Positions 29,476 to 39,904 of a stretch of DNA of 60,531 nucleotides are shown in pieces; the stretch's first letter is position 1; each line of letters opens with the position of its first letter. Made by a program: the position numbers and the translations under genes. The notes under the pieces were generated by a model that ran no database searches, was not told the origin of the DNA, and worked only from the letters and a program-made list of their open reading frames with translations. Origin of the DNA: an uncultured SAR86 cluster bacterium (GTDB taxonomy: Bacteria > Pseudomonadota > Gammaproteobacteria > Magnimaribacterales > D2472); assembly GCA_902515155.1 (NCBI GenBank), contig CABXTT010000004.1:1-60531 (forward strand), in the 5' to 3' direction.

Positions 29476-30921
29476 CTGGCTTTGAATGTAATCTCTTCTT
29501 AAAGCCAAGTTTTTAACTCTAATTTCTTCGTTCTCAGTATACTTTATCCAATTATTAGCCTGAGTTTTAATCTTTTTATCTTTGTCTCTTGCTGCTGTTC
29601 TAAATTGTTTCTTTGCATCTTCAAACTTTAAAAGCTCAAAATAAGCTTGTCCAAGAGTTAAATGCACTTGAGAAATTTTTTGAATTTTACCCTTTTTAAG
29701 ACCTTTCTTTATAGCATCTACAGCTTCATCCAATTTATCCTCTGCAAGGTAAAGATTGCCTAATAAAACATATGCTTTCCCATCTTTAGAAAGTTCCGCT
29801 GCTTGGGCTAACACAGGTATGGCCAAATCAATTTCTTGTGCCATTCTCCATGAATCGGCAAGTAGTTTTAGATTCTTTTCTGTGTCTTTTACAACTGGTC
29901 CAATTTTTTCTATTTTAGATTCCTCTTTGGTTACTTCATCAACAACAGTTTCAACAGTTGTTACTATTTTTTCTTGTCCGGAAACAAGAACTTTGGCAGC
30001 CCAGTATGGATTTTGGTTTACTAGAAGTAATTGTGCTAATGCTAGGTATTCTGATTCTCTATCAAGAAAATCTTTTGCATGAGCGGCTTTAAGTGTAATC
30101 ATATAATCTTTTTCTCTACCAAGTTGGCCATATGTGTTAGCCAATTGAATAAAATATAATTTTTTAGGATAAAGATTAACTAAAATCTCATAAATATCTA
30201 GTTGTTGCAAAAGAGCTTTCTTCTCTCCGATCTCAAGCTTTAATTCACCGATACAGGCAGCCATTATGTTGTACCAATTCTCTTTTGGTTTGTATCCTTC
30301 TTCCTCGGCCATCAGTATTGCAGTCTCCATTGAAGACATAGATTTTTTAAAATTATCTATCTGATAGTAAGCTGAGCCCAGTAGAGACCATGATTGCGCT
30401 GTTACAGTTTCAACTTCATCCATCCATTGCAAAATAAGATTAATACCTTTTTGATAGTCTCCTTGCACCATATTCAATTGAGCAAGTGATAGCAAAGCAC
30501 CAACTCTTAAAGGTAAAGTGACCTCAGGTTCAGCAATAAGTTTTTCATAAGAATCCATTGCTAATTCATATTTTTCTTCAGAAAAATAGACATAAGCCCA
30601 TGAATTCCACATCACAGACCTGTCGTAACTTTTAAGGTTCTCTTTGTCATTTCTTAGTTCAGTAAGAATTTCCACGACGGTTTCCATGTCCGGACTTGGT
30701 TCTCCCTTTTCATCAACTTCTTCAAGAGCCTCATAAACCTTAGCCATTTTTTTTGCTGTCTTACTTTGGAGAGCACGAGCTTTCTTATACTTAATTTGTT
30801 TTTTTGGTTTGTCTGAAGATTGGGCTTCGATATAACTTGTGGTATAAGAAAATGAAAATGCTAGAATTGCAAAAACATATAAGAATTTTGATTTATTAAT
30901 TAATTTCAACATATTACTCAT
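29470..30921 (-). CDS. Secreted TPR protein of the TonB operon (TtpD-like)
   Basis: Signal peptide, multiple TPR helices, last gene of the tonB cluster. Confidence 0.85.
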   Translation of the reverse strand: MSNMLKLINKSKFLYVFAILAFSFSYTTSYIEAQSSDKPKKQIKYKKARALQSKTAKKMAKVYEALEEVDEKGEPSPDMETVVEILTELRNDKENLKSYDRSVMWNSWAYVYFSEEKYELAMDSYEKLIAEPEVTLPLRVGALLSLAQLNMVQGDYQKGINLILQWMDEVETVTAQSWSLLGSAYYQIDNFKKSMSSMETAILMAEEEGYKPKENWYNIMAACIGELKLEIGEKKALLQQLDIYEILVNLYPKKLYFIQLANTYGQLGREKDYMITLKAAHAKDFLDRESEYLALAQLLLVNQNPYWAAKVLVSGQEKIVTTVETVVDEVTKEESKIEKIGPVVKDTEKNLKLLADSWRMAQEIDLAIPVLAQAAELSKDGKAYVLLGNLYLAEDKLDEAVDAIKKGLKKGKIQKISQVHLTLGQAYFELLKFEDAKKQFRTAARDKDKKIKTQANNWIKYTENEEIRVKNLALRRDYIQSQS

Positions 30922-31621
30922 CTGCCATTATAAACGTAAATCTATGGAGAACCTCTTCAACTGGAGTAGCTTTTCCATCAATAATCTTGGGTTTATATTT
31001 TAGTTTAAGTGCTGCTCTTGATGAGGCACTGTTAAATATAGAACAAGGTCTGTATTCAGTATTAGGGTCTTCTGGATCACCACAATAACCCTCAATGGCT
31101 TTTGCATCTTCTACTGTTCCAGTCTCTGTGATTGTAAATGAAACTATGGCATATCCTTGAGTGCCTCTTTCCTGAGCTCTTCTTGGATATATAGGCTGTA
31201 CCTTAAATAACGGCATGTATTCACCATCACGAAAAAATGAACCACCAGCTTTAAAATTAGCTTTTGGTTTTGCAAGTGAGACATCAATGCCTGTCAAAGG
31301 CTGCAAATCTAAGTCTGGTTGTGCAATATCTTCTGGTTGCTCTTCAGGCTTTTCTGGTTTATCAACCTCAGTCATAAATGTATCAATTTGTCTTTCAGGC
31401 ATTACAACATCAGCTAATTTAACGGAGGTGTCTTCCTTCATGCCACTATCTCCAAGGGAGATTAGAATAACCATTATAAAAAATAGGACTGTAGTGATAA
31501 TTACGGACAGTCCAACACCAGCTAAATATTTATTAGCATTGAATGCTTTATTATATAAATCTTGAACAGGCTTAAAAACTGAAAGTATCAATGCAGAAGA
31601 TTTAAGTGAAATTTCGTTCAT
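30914..31621 (-). CDS. tonB: Energy transducer TonB
   Basis: TM anchor, P/E/K-rich linker, PIYPRRAQERGTQG and LKYKP C-terminal domain. Confidence 0.9.
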   Translation of the reverse strand: MNEISLKSSALILSVFKPVQDLYNKAFNANKYLAGVGLSVIITTVLFFIMVILISLGDSGMKEDTSVKLADVVMPERQIDTFMTEVDKPEKPEEQPEDIAQPDLDLQPLTGIDVSLAKPKANFKAGGSFFRDGEYMPLFKVQPIYPRRAQERGTQGYAIVSFTITETGTVEDAKAIEGYCGDPEDPNTEYRPCSIFNSASSRAALKLKYKPKIIDGKATPVEEVLHRFTFIMADE

Positions 31622-31628
31622 ATAATAT

Positions 31629-32039
31629 TTATTTTGGTTCTGAAGCTAAAGATATTGCATTTACTCCTGCTTCTCGCGCTCCATCCATGACTTGAATGAT
31701 TGTATCTGCCATAGCTTTTTCATCAGCTTGTATAACAACAGAGCCTTTTGGATTATCTGCTAGTAATTTAACAACATTTGCTTTGACTTGACGAACATCA
31801 ATCCTTCTTCCATCCATCCAAACTTCTCCAGTTGGTCCAACTGCAATAAGAATTGCTGCATTCTCTTGGGTTTCAGCAGTATCTGAGTCAGGTCTATTGA
31901 TTTCTAATCCAGGCTCTTTTATAAAATTTGCAGTAACAATAAAAAATATGAGCATGATGAAAACTACATCAAGCATAGGAGTTAAATTAATTTCATCGCT
32001 TTCTTCTTGGACTGCACTTGTGATTGCATTTCTTCTCAT
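31629..32039 (-). CDS. exbD: Biopolymer transporter ExbD
   Basis: INLTPMLDVVFIMLIFFIVT and VVIQADE. Confidence 0.95.
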   Translation of the reverse strand: MRRNAITSAVQEESDEINLTPMLDVVFIMLIFFIVTANFIKEPGLEINRPDSDTAETQENAAILIAVGPTGEVWMDGRRIDVRQVKANVVKLLADNPKGSVVIQADEKAMADTIIQVMDGAREAGVNAISLASEPK

Positions 32040-32048
32040 TTTTTTCCC

Positions 32049-32579
32049 CTAAATATCTCTTTTGATAATTTGATCAAGCTCTGTTTCATGTCTTTTACTT
32101 GTACTTGTTAAATAGATTGCTGCAAAAGAACCTGACAAAGCAGCTACCATGCCAGCCATTGTAGGAAGGGTTGCCTTAGAGACTCCTCCTGCCATTGCTC
32201 TTGCATCACCACCACCATTAAATGCCATGACTTGGAAAACCTCTATCATTCCTGTGACAGTTCCGAGAAGTCCAAGTAAAGGAGCTAGTACAATACATGT
32301 TTGAATAATACTAATATTTTTATTTATTTCCATTTTAGCTTGCGACATCATCTTTTCTCTAATCTGAAGTGCATGCCAAGATTCTTTGTCTGATCTTGCA
32401 TTCCATTTACTTGCTAAACCAGAAACATAATCATTATGGGCATGAGATAAATACCATATTCTTTCAAATATCATCCCCCACATAAAGAATACCAATAGAG
32501 CTATTAACCAAAGCACACTTCCGCCTGCTTCCATAAAATCTCTTATGGATGAGAAAGCTTCGGATATAGCAAATAGCAT
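32049..32579 (-). CDS. exbB: MotA/TolQ/ExbB proton channel
   Basis: APLLGLLGTVTGMI and GVSKATLPTMAG. Confidence 0.92.
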   Translation of the reverse strand: MLFAISEAFSSIRDFMEAGGSVLWLIALLVFFMWGMIFERIWYLSHAHNDYVSGLASKWNARSDKESWHALQIREKMMSQAKMEINKNISIIQTCIVLAPLLGLLGTVTGMIEVFQVMAFNGGGDARAMAGGVSKATLPTMAGMVAALSGSFAAIYLTSTSKRHETELDQIIKRDI

Positions 32580-32588
32580 ATTTATTAC

Positions 32589-33977
32589 CTACTTAGTTTC
32601 AGCCCTTTCAGCAAGAATACCAGTACTTTGTTCCTCAAGAATACTCACTATTCCTCTAGCAGAAGACTGAGTAAATGAGTGCAATAAACTTGTTGGAATA
32701 GCAACAAGTAAACCTAAAACAGTCGTTACAAGTGCCTGTGAAATACCACCAGCCATGAGTTTTGGATCGCCTGTTCCATACAATGTAATCATTTGGAAAG
32801 TTACAATCATTCCTGTAACAGTACCCAATAGACCTGCTAAAGGTGCAATTACTGAAATGATTTTGATAAATCCAATGCCTGAATCTATTTTTGGTCTTTC
32901 TGCCATTATTGCTTCTGCAAGTTTAAGTTCAAGCGTATCAATATCTTTATTAAAGTGATCTTGACCAACTTTCAGGACTCTTCCAAGTGGATTGGCGGCA
33001 TCAAGTGCTTTATTGTTGGCTTGTTTCTTAACAGCTGTAGATATCATATAAAGACTATAAAGTTTATAAAATGCAAAAATAACAGCTATTAAACCAACAA
33101 ATATAATTGCGTAACCAACTTCTCTACCTTGTTGAGCTCTTTCCATTATTGATGGAGTCTGTATTAAATTAGCAAGCAGACTTCCACCTGTTGGTCCAGT
33201 TGGATCAATACCAAATCTGACTTGTTCACCAACTTCAGCATTACCTACACTCTTAGCAGTTTTTGTATATCTTCCAGCAGGCTGTCTTGGTAAAAATGCA
33301 TATTGACCTTTTGATGTTGCATACTCTAAGTACTTTCCATCGCAAACTGCATTAAATAATCCTACTCTGGTAACATTACACTCTGAAGTTTCTCCATCAA
33401 CATCGATAACATTAGTTGTAAAAGATACAACCTGTCCACTTGCAACCATTTCCCTTTGTAGCTCATACCATAAGCCTTCAATTTCTCTAATTGTAGGAAG
33501 CTCAGTTGTTTCAGACATCTTGCCTGTGAGATTATTTAAAAAATTGACTCTTTCTTGCCCATATTGAGCCCCGGTAAGAGAACCGGAGAACTGAACAGCA
33601 GCTTCACCAGCTGAACTTTGGAGATGACCAAATAGTTCAACCAAGGAACCTAATTCTTTTTTGTAAGCATCTTCTTTTACTCTAAGAATGCCTTCATTCT
33701 TTTTATATTCAGCCTCTAAGGTATCGGCGATCTTCTCTTGACGAGCTAATTCTCTTTTTTCAGCGGCTAAAATAGAAGCCTGCTTATCTCTGTTTGCTAA
33801 AAATTGATTTTCTCTATCAGTGTTTGCAGCTTGCTCTTGAGTTTTTCCCTCTTTAACAAGTGCAAGTAAAGCTTCAACTGTTGAAACCTCTTCGGTTTCT
33901 TCTGCGTTATCTTGAGCTGAAACAAAAAAACTCAGGCTCAATAAAATTAAAAACGGGAGCACATATAAATTCTTCAT
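32589..33977 (-). CDS. Large ExbB-like protein with periplasmic coiled coil (TtpC-like)
   Basis: Signal peptide, coiled coil, RVGLFN, DPT, APLAGLLGTVTGMI and GDPKLMAGGISQALVTT. Confidence 0.9.
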   Translation of the reverse strand: MKNLYVLPFLILLSLSFFVSAQDNAEETEEVSTVEALLALVKEGKTQEQAANTDRENQFLANRDKQASILAAEKRELARQEKIADTLEAEYKKNEGILRVKEDAYKKELGSLVELFGHLQSSAGEAAVQFSGSLTGAQYGQERVNFLNNLTGKMSETTELPTIREIEGLWYELQREMVASGQVVSFTTNVIDVDGETSECNVTRVGLFNAVCDGKYLEYATSKGQYAFLPRQPAGRYTKTAKSVGNAEVGEQVRFGIDPTGPTGGSLLANLIQTPSIMERAQQGREVGYAIIFVGLIAVIFAFYKLYSLYMISTAVKKQANNKALDAANPLGRVLKVGQDHFNKDIDTLELKLAEAIMAERPKIDSGIGFIKIISVIAPLAGLLGTVTGMIVTFQMITLYGTGDPKLMAGGISQALVTTVLGLLVAIPTSLLHSFTQSSARGIVSILEEQSTGILAERAETK

Positions 33978-34720
33978 TACACTTCTCCTTTAAGCACTGG
34001 CATCATTAGCATGTCAGTAGGCGCTAGTTTCTTGGCCATTCTAATTCCATTTCTTATAGGTTTTCTATAACTACCGGGAAGATCGTCCCATGAACCCGTT
34101 TCATTATTCCACCTGCCGCTCGATTGCTCATCTTTAGTTTGATAAAACATGCCCACTCTTCCAATTACTAAGATATTAACAACTGTTCCATCAGCTAAGG
34201 TATCTTCATAAGTATCAATCTTTCTTCCGTATTCTGCTTCAATGTTATAAGCCTCTAGTACCTGCCTAACTTGCTCGGAAGCAGTGACTTTAGGTTTTGC
34301 AAGAGATGCTCTTACTAAGTCGACTCTATTTTGTCTTTCTTCAACTCTGAAGGGAGTATCAAGAGATATAAAAGACTCAAGGCTCTCAAGCATTCTTTGT
34401 GCTAGTGGTGGAATTTGTCTTTGCATAACAACCACTTGTACAAGCTGCTCATCGAGCTGATCCATAAGATCCAACTGAGCTTGAATTTGTATTCTTTTTT
34501 GTGCGTTATATAGCTTTAATCCCTCAACCTGCTTAGCAACAGCTTTCCACTCATTGATGATCTTATCTGTTTTCCTTTCCGTAGCATCAATTTTTTCTTG
34601 TGATGTAGCAGATAGTTGTTGATTCTCTCTACCAACTTCCAAAACACTCTCCATGTCAGATGCTTTGATAGACACAGAAACTAGGACAAGCATATACACT
34701 AAACCTAAATTTTTATTCAT
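33977..34720 (-). CDS. DUF3450 protein (TtpB-like), first gene of the TonB operon
   Basis: DTPFRVEER, SEQVRQVLEAYNIEAEYG and IGRVGMFYQT; start reset to MNKN after GGAG. Confidence 0.85.
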   Translation of the reverse strand: MNKNLGLVYMLVLVSVSIKASDMESVLEVGRENQQLSATSQEKIDATERKTDKIINEWKAVAKQVEGLKLYNAQKRIQIQAQLDLMDQLDEQLVQVVVMQRQIPPLAQRMLESLESFISLDTPFRVEERQNRVDLVRASLAKPKVTASEQVRQVLEAYNIEAEYGRKIDTYEDTLADGTVVNILVIGRVGMFYQTKDEQSSGRWNNETGSWDDLPGSYRKPIRNGIRMAKKLAPTDMLMMPVLKGEV

Positions 34721-34871
34721 ATTAATCTCCCTAAAAGATTGCTCATAGTAACAGTGAATACAGCAATAATAAAATTTTTTTAACTTTTTTTTACGCCTTC
34801 TTATCTGCATCAAAACCAGTAAAAATAATCAATTACAAGTTTATTATATTTTAACCCCTATTTTATATATT

Positions 34872-35732
34872 TTACTTCCAAAATTTAATTAATAAAGTTG
34901 GTACCTGAGATTTATATTTTTTATATTCATCTTGATCCCCCCACTGTTTGTCAGCTCTTGCTTCAAGCATCCTTACACCACTCACATAAACTAATAAAAG
35001 GTATGTAAATAATGGAGATATCAGTGTTATGTACTGAAGGCCCTGAAGTGAAGAAACAGAGATGACTGCTATACCAGTCCACAGAACAATCTCTCCAAAG
35101 AAATTCGGATGCCTTGATTTTGCCCATAGCCCTGTGGTGATGAATTTATTTCTATTTACAGGAACAGACCTAAACTTAGTTTTTTGATTATCGGCGATTA
35201 CCTCTAAAGAAAAACCTAATATAAATAACCCTATACCAAGATAAAAAAGTGAATTAACCACTACACCACTTTCAGATGAAATAGCTGTTAAGGCACACAT
35301 AGAACATAAGGAAACCCATAATCCTTGCAATGTCCATGTCATAAAAAACTGAGTTGATGAAGGTTTAATGCTTCTAAACCTTTTATCTTCACCATCTTTG
35401 TGGATTCTCATGAATAAAAAACTTCCAAGCCTAACAGCCCATAAAGTTATCAATAAAACTATGACTAAATTTGCTCCATTAGTTAAATTTGTAAAACTAT
35501 CAGAGGTTGAAGCAAGCGAATACCATATTACTGAGAGATAGGTAAGACTTCCTGTTAAGTCATAAAACTTTTCTGTTTGAAAAATATATGCCGGAATAAA
35601 CATAACCCATTGAATTATAAATGCTAGGCATATCACCTTCATGACTAAGTCGATTCCAGTTGCATATGCTATTGAAAAAGCAATAACAAAGGCAATTATT
35701 GAAATTATTATATTAGTTATTTTTGAAATCAT
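34872..35732 (-). CDS. DUF1295 (steroid 5-alpha-reductase-like) membrane protein
   Basis: EKFYDLTGS, RLGSFLF, EDKRF, ADNQK and GLWAKSRHPNFFGE; ATGA overlap with the peptidase stop. Confidence 0.9.
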   Translation of the reverse strand: MISKITNIIISIIAFVIAFSIAYATGIDLVMKVICLAFIIQWVMFIPAYIFQTEKFYDLTGSLTYLSVIWYSLASTSDSFTNLTNGANLVIVLLITLWAVRLGSFLFMRIHKDGEDKRFRSIKPSSTQFFMTWTLQGLWVSLCSMCALTAISSESGVVVNSLFYLGIGLFILGFSLEVIADNQKTKFRSVPVNRNKFITTGLWAKSRHPNFFGEIVLWTGIAVISVSSLQGLQYITLISPLFTYLLLVYVSGVRMLEARADKQWGDQDEYKKYKSQVPTLLIKFWK

Positions 35733-37549
35733 TGATCCTCCCATCCACATGTTCTATTTTTATTTTGTTCATCAAGCCAATCTTTTAAAGGTCGATAATA
35801 ATTCATAACTGAACTACCACTCAAAGATCTTGAACCAGTAATCTTCTCAAAAGCATTTTGCCATGGCTCGCTTTGACCCATTGCCATTGTTGAAATAATT
35901 TTGTTTCCAGCATCTTTGTTTCCATATATTGAGCACTCATGAAGTGGTCCTGAGAATGAAATATCTTTGCAAAGTGATTCATGAAATTGATATTGCATAA
36001 TCCTAGCAAGATAATACCTTGTATAAGGTGTATTACCAGGAATATGATATTTTGCTCCTGGGTCAAAATAATTTTCTGATCTAGCTACAGGTGAAGAAAT
36101 ACCTTGATATGACTTTCTCATATCCCACCATGCTTCATTTAAATTTGATTCATCTATATCACCATCAAAAACACCAGATCTCCACTTATCTAACATTAAT
36201 GCCCACGGTATTATTACCACACCCTCAAGAGCTTGCTTCATTAATAAGCCTATAGAGTCTTCTTTTGCGATCTTTGCCTCATCTTCGGAAATGAAATCAA
36301 TTTTACTCAAATAATCTGGAGTAATGGATAAGGTTAATAAATCACCAAAGGCTTCATGGAAGCCATCATTAGCTCCCCCCTGAAATAAAGTTGGTAAATG
36401 ATTATAAGCTTGATAATAGAAAATATGGCCAAGCTCATGATGGATAGTAACGAAGTCTTCTTCATTTTTTTCTATACACATCTTAATTCTTAAATCATTA
36501 TTAGCAGGATCAAGATTCCATGCTGACGCGTGACAAACAACAGATCTATCTCTGGGTTTAACTAACAAGGATCTCTCCCAAAAAGTTGAGGGAAGTGGCT
36601 CAAAACCTATTGATAAAAAGAAATCTTCTGCATATTCAACCATTTCTTTTTCATCAATTTCTTTTTCTTTAATTATTTCAGTAACATTTATAGACCCATT
36701 ATTTTCTTTTCTGGTATAAACGAGGTCGAAGATATTAGACCAAGACTGCCCCCACATATTGCCTAAAAGATGTGCTGGAAGTGGCCCTTCAGGAGGAACA
36801 ATTTCATCACCATATTTTGAATTAAGTTTACTTCTTACGTGACAGTGTAAAGCTTCATATAAAGGCTTGACTTCATCCCAAACCCTATCAGTCTCATCAA
36901 GAAAATCTTTTGCCGGCATATCATATTTACTAAACCAAAGATCACTTAAACCCTCAAAACCTAAATCTCGTGATCCCTGATTACCAATATCTACCATTCT
37001 CATATACATTGGTTTCATAGGCTTACCAATTTCATGCCAACCAGACCATGCTTTTAATAATTTATCAGGATCTCTTGAGTTGTCTAATATTTCCTCAAAG
37101 CCCTCTAAGTCATAGCAAGTTCCATCTTCATAGCAATGCTTACCATTACCATACATAGCCTGAAGTTTTGTTGTTATTTCAGAAAGTTCTCCTGCAAGCG
37201 AGTCATTGAAAGGTGGAGGCATTACAAAAGAACTTTTTAAAAACTCTAATTTTCTTCTATTACTTGCACTAGTTTCAAGATTATTGAAGCTAGCAGCCTC
37301 TCTTGAACTTTCTAATGCCTTAAGAGTATACCTTTTTCCATAGTCTGCTAAGATTTTTTGAGAGTCATAGCCAATAAAATTTGATGCAATCCATGAAGCA
37401 GAACTTGCTATTGGTCCTTCAACTAAATTATCTTCCTCTACTAAATCTAAGAATATATCTAGATCCTCTGATGATTTTGTTTGTTCGCCACTTTGTGCGC
37501 AAGAAGTTACAATTGCACATATGGCAATTAATATAAATAATTTTTTCAT
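35729..37549 (-). CDS. M2 family peptidyl-dipeptidase (angiotensin-converting-enzyme-like), predicted lipoprotein
   Basis: Lipobox VTSC, PAHLLGNMW, VCHASAW, HHELGH zinc motif, GANDGFHEA and FDPGAKYH. Confidence 0.95.
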   Translation of the reverse strand: MKKLFILIAICAIVTSCAQSGEQTKSSEDLDIFLDLVEEDNLVEGPIASSASWIASNFIGYDSQKILADYGKRYTLKALESSREAASFNNLETSASNRRKLEFLKSSFVMPPPFNDSLAGELSEITTKLQAMYGNGKHCYEDGTCYDLEGFEEILDNSRDPDKLLKAWSGWHEIGKPMKPMYMRMVDIGNQGSRDLGFEGLSDLWFSKYDMPAKDFLDETDRVWDEVKPLYEALHCHVRSKLNSKYGDEIVPPEGPLPAHLLGNMWGQSWSNIFDLVYTRKENNGSINVTEIIKEKEIDEKEMVEYAEDFFLSIGFEPLPSTFWERSLLVKPRDRSVVCHASAWNLDPANNDLRIKMCIEKNEEDFVTIHHELGHIFYYQAYNHLPTLFQGGANDGFHEAFGDLLTLSITPDYLSKIDFISEDEAKIAKEDSIGLLMKQALEGVVIIPWALMLDKWRSGVFDGDIDESNLNEAWWDMRKSYQGISSPVARSENYFDPGAKYHIPGNTPYTRYYLARIMQYQFHESLCKDISFSGPLHECSIYGNKDAGNKIISTMAMGQSEPWQNAFEKITGSRSLSGSSVMNYYRPLKDWLDEQNKNRTCGWEDQ

Positions 37550-37590
37550 TAAATTCCCTCAATTATAAAATAACATAAAAAATATTTAAT

Positions 37591-38154
37591 ATGAAAATTT
37601 CTACTAATCAATTTAAGAACGGAACTAAGTTACTTATAGATAACGCACCTTGCTCAATAGTTGAGCATGAGTTTCATAAGCCCGGTAAGGGCCAAGCAGT
37701 TATGCGAGTTAAGTATAAGAACCTACTTACCGGGAACACGAATGATAAAACTTTTAAATCTGGTGAGAGCGCAGAGACTGCTGATATAAATCATAAAGAT
37801 ATGGAATTTTTATATTCTGATGGAGAAAATTGGCATTTTATGGATTCAACTTCATACGAACAGATAGAAATTGGTTCCTCTGAGATCGGTGATGCAAAGA
37901 AATGGTTAGTTGGTCAAGAAACTTGCGAAATTATTTTATGGGACGATAGGCCAATATTAGTGGACCCTCCTGTGATAGTTGAGCTTCAAATTATCAATTC
38001 AGAGCCTGGGGTTAAAGGTGATACTGTTTCTGGTGCAACAAAACCAGCAGAACTTGAGACGGGTGTCACAATTCAAGTTCCACTTTTTGTTAATGAAGGT
38101 GAGATTGTAAAAGTTGATACTAGAGATGAAAGCTATGTTGGAAGAGCAAAATAA
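37591..38154 (+). CDS. efp: Elongation factor P
   Basis: KPGKGQA, PGVKGDT and VPLFVNEG. Confidence 0.96.
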   Translation: MKISTNQFKNGTKLLIDNAPCSIVEHEFHKPGKGQAVMRVKYKNLLTGNTNDKTFKSGESAETADINHKDMEFLYSDGENWHFMDSTSYEQIEIGSSEIGDAKKWLVGQETCEIILWDDRPILVDPPVIVELQIINSEPGVKGDTVSGATKPAELETGVTIQVPLFVNEGEIVKVDTRDESYVGRAK

Positions 38155-39899
38155 TGATAAAAAGTATTAACAATCACATTGACAAATTTTTAGCATCTTT
38201 AGATGATATTGATGACAATCAGAAAGGTATAATTAAAAACAAATATGCTACAACAGTTACAGATGATTTAAAAAAAGGACACATAACAAGCAACGTTTGT
38301 ATGATTACTGCAAGTGTTGCGAATAAAAATCCTAAAGAATTAGCTGAAATCCTTACAAAAATGTTGAGTGACTCATCTGAATTTAAAACTGTTGAATCTG
38401 CGGGACCCGGATTTATAAATGTGACACTCCACCGAGCTGATTTTACTTCTGTGGTAAATGAAGTTAATAAAAATTTGATAAATTATGGGGAGTCTAGTAT
38501 TGGAAAGAGTAAATCAGTTCAAATAGAGTTTGTCTCTGCCAATCCAACAGGCCCATTACATGTTGGACATGGAAGAGGAGCGGCTTATGGTGATGCAATT
38601 GGTAGAATACTTTCATTGTCAGGATACAAGGTAGAAAAGGAATATTATATAAATGATGCTGGAAGACAAATTGATATTCTTACAACAAGTGTATTTATTA
38701 AAGTTTTTAAAAAACATTTTACTGATTTTTTCCCTACAAACGCATACAAAGGATCATACATAGAAGATATAGGAAGCATATTTATTGATAAAAATAATCC
38801 TGAATTATCTGTAGATGTGTCATTGCTTAAGGACGACCTTCCAATTGATGAAGAAAAAGAAATTGATGAACTAATTCTAAGAATTAAAAAAAATGAACCT
38901 TCTTTATGGCTTAACTTAAAAGATTTTGCACTTAATGAGGTTCTTACATCTATAAAAGATGATTTAAAACTTTTTAATGTTTCCTTTGATCAATGGTTTT
39001 ATGAGTCATCTTTGGGAGATGTAAGTGATAAAAATTCTCAAGTTGCTGCAGCTATAAATACGCTTAAAGACAAAGAATTAGCATACGAAGAAAAAGGTGC
39101 AATATGGCTAAATACTAGCTCAAGTGGCGATGATAAAAATCGAGTCTTAATAAGAGACGATGGCAGGGCTACATATTTTGCATCTGATGTTGCCTATCAT
39201 AAAGATAAAGTTGATAGAGGTTTTAACAAATTAATAAATGTATGGGGTGCAGATCATCACGGTTACATAAAAAGAATAGAGGCATCCTTGGATGGACTAG
39301 GTTTTGAAAAAGAAAAATTAAGTGTTCAACTAGTTCAATTTGCAAATTTATTTAAAGATGGAAAAAAAGTCAAAATGTCTACTAGATCAGGCGACTTCTA
39401 CTCATTAGCCGACTTGATAAAAGATATTGGAACTGATGCGGCCAGATTTTATTATTTATCAAAACAAGCTGATCAGCATCTTGATTTTGATTTAGATTTG
39501 GCAAAATCGGACACTAAAGAGAATATGTTCTATTACATTCAGTATGCTCATGCAAGAATCTGTTCACTAATTACAAAATATGAAGAAGAGTATTCTCAGT
39601 TACCTGAATCTGCTCAATCTATATCAAATGGGTCCTATAAATCTTGCGACAAACTAATTCATGAAATGAGTAAATATCCTAACGTTGTTGCAAGATCATG
39701 TAGTGCGCTTCAGCCACATTTAATAATTTTTTATCTGAAAGATTTTGCTCATACTTTTCATAGTTTTTATAATGATAATCATGTTCTTACAGAGTCAAAA
39801 GAAAACATTGATTCAATTATTTATTGCCTTTGTGGTGCAAAAACTGTCATTTCAAACGGGTTAGGCCTTTTGGGAATAAAGGCAATAGAAAAAATGTAA
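38154..39899 (+). CDS. argS: Arginyl-tRNA synthetase
   Basis: AGPGFIN, SANPTGPLHVGHGR, GADHHGY, KMSTRSG and YIQYAHAR. Confidence 0.97.
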   Translation: MIKSINNHIDKFLASLDDIDDNQKGIIKNKYATTVTDDLKKGHITSNVCMITASVANKNPKELAEILTKMLSDSSEFKTVESAGPGFINVTLHRADFTSVVNEVNKNLINYGESSIGKSKSVQIEFVSANPTGPLHVGHGRGAAYGDAIGRILSLSGYKVEKEYYINDAGRQIDILTTSVFIKVFKKHFTDFFPTNAYKGSYIEDIGSIFIDKNNPELSVDVSLLKDDLPIDEEKEIDELILRIKKNEPSLWLNLKDFALNEVLTSIKDDLKLFNVSFDQWFYESSLGDVSDKNSQVAAAINTLKDKELAYEEKGAIWLNTSSSGDDKNRVLIRDDGRATYFASDVAYHKDKVDRGFNKLINVWGADHHGYIKRIEASLDGLGFEKEKLSVQLVQFANLFKDGKKVKMSTRSGDFYSLADLIKDIGTDAARFYYLSKQADQHLDFDLDLAKSDTKENMFYYIQYAHARICSLITKYEEEYSQLPESAQSISNGSYKSCDKLIHEMSKYPNVVARSCSALQPHLIIFYLKDFAHTFHSFYNDNHVLTESKENIDSIIYCLCGAKTVISNGLGLLGIKAIEKM

Positions 39900-39904
39900 T
39901 ATTT

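Noticed and set aside
34721-34813. Cys/His-rich basic N-terminal extension of the DUF3450 ORF
   Set aside because: Upstream in-frame extension; the real start with GGAG RBS and signal peptide is at 34720
34815-34850. Fur box or HexR site upstream of the TonB operon
   Set aside because: Only partial AT-rich matches, not distinguishable from background
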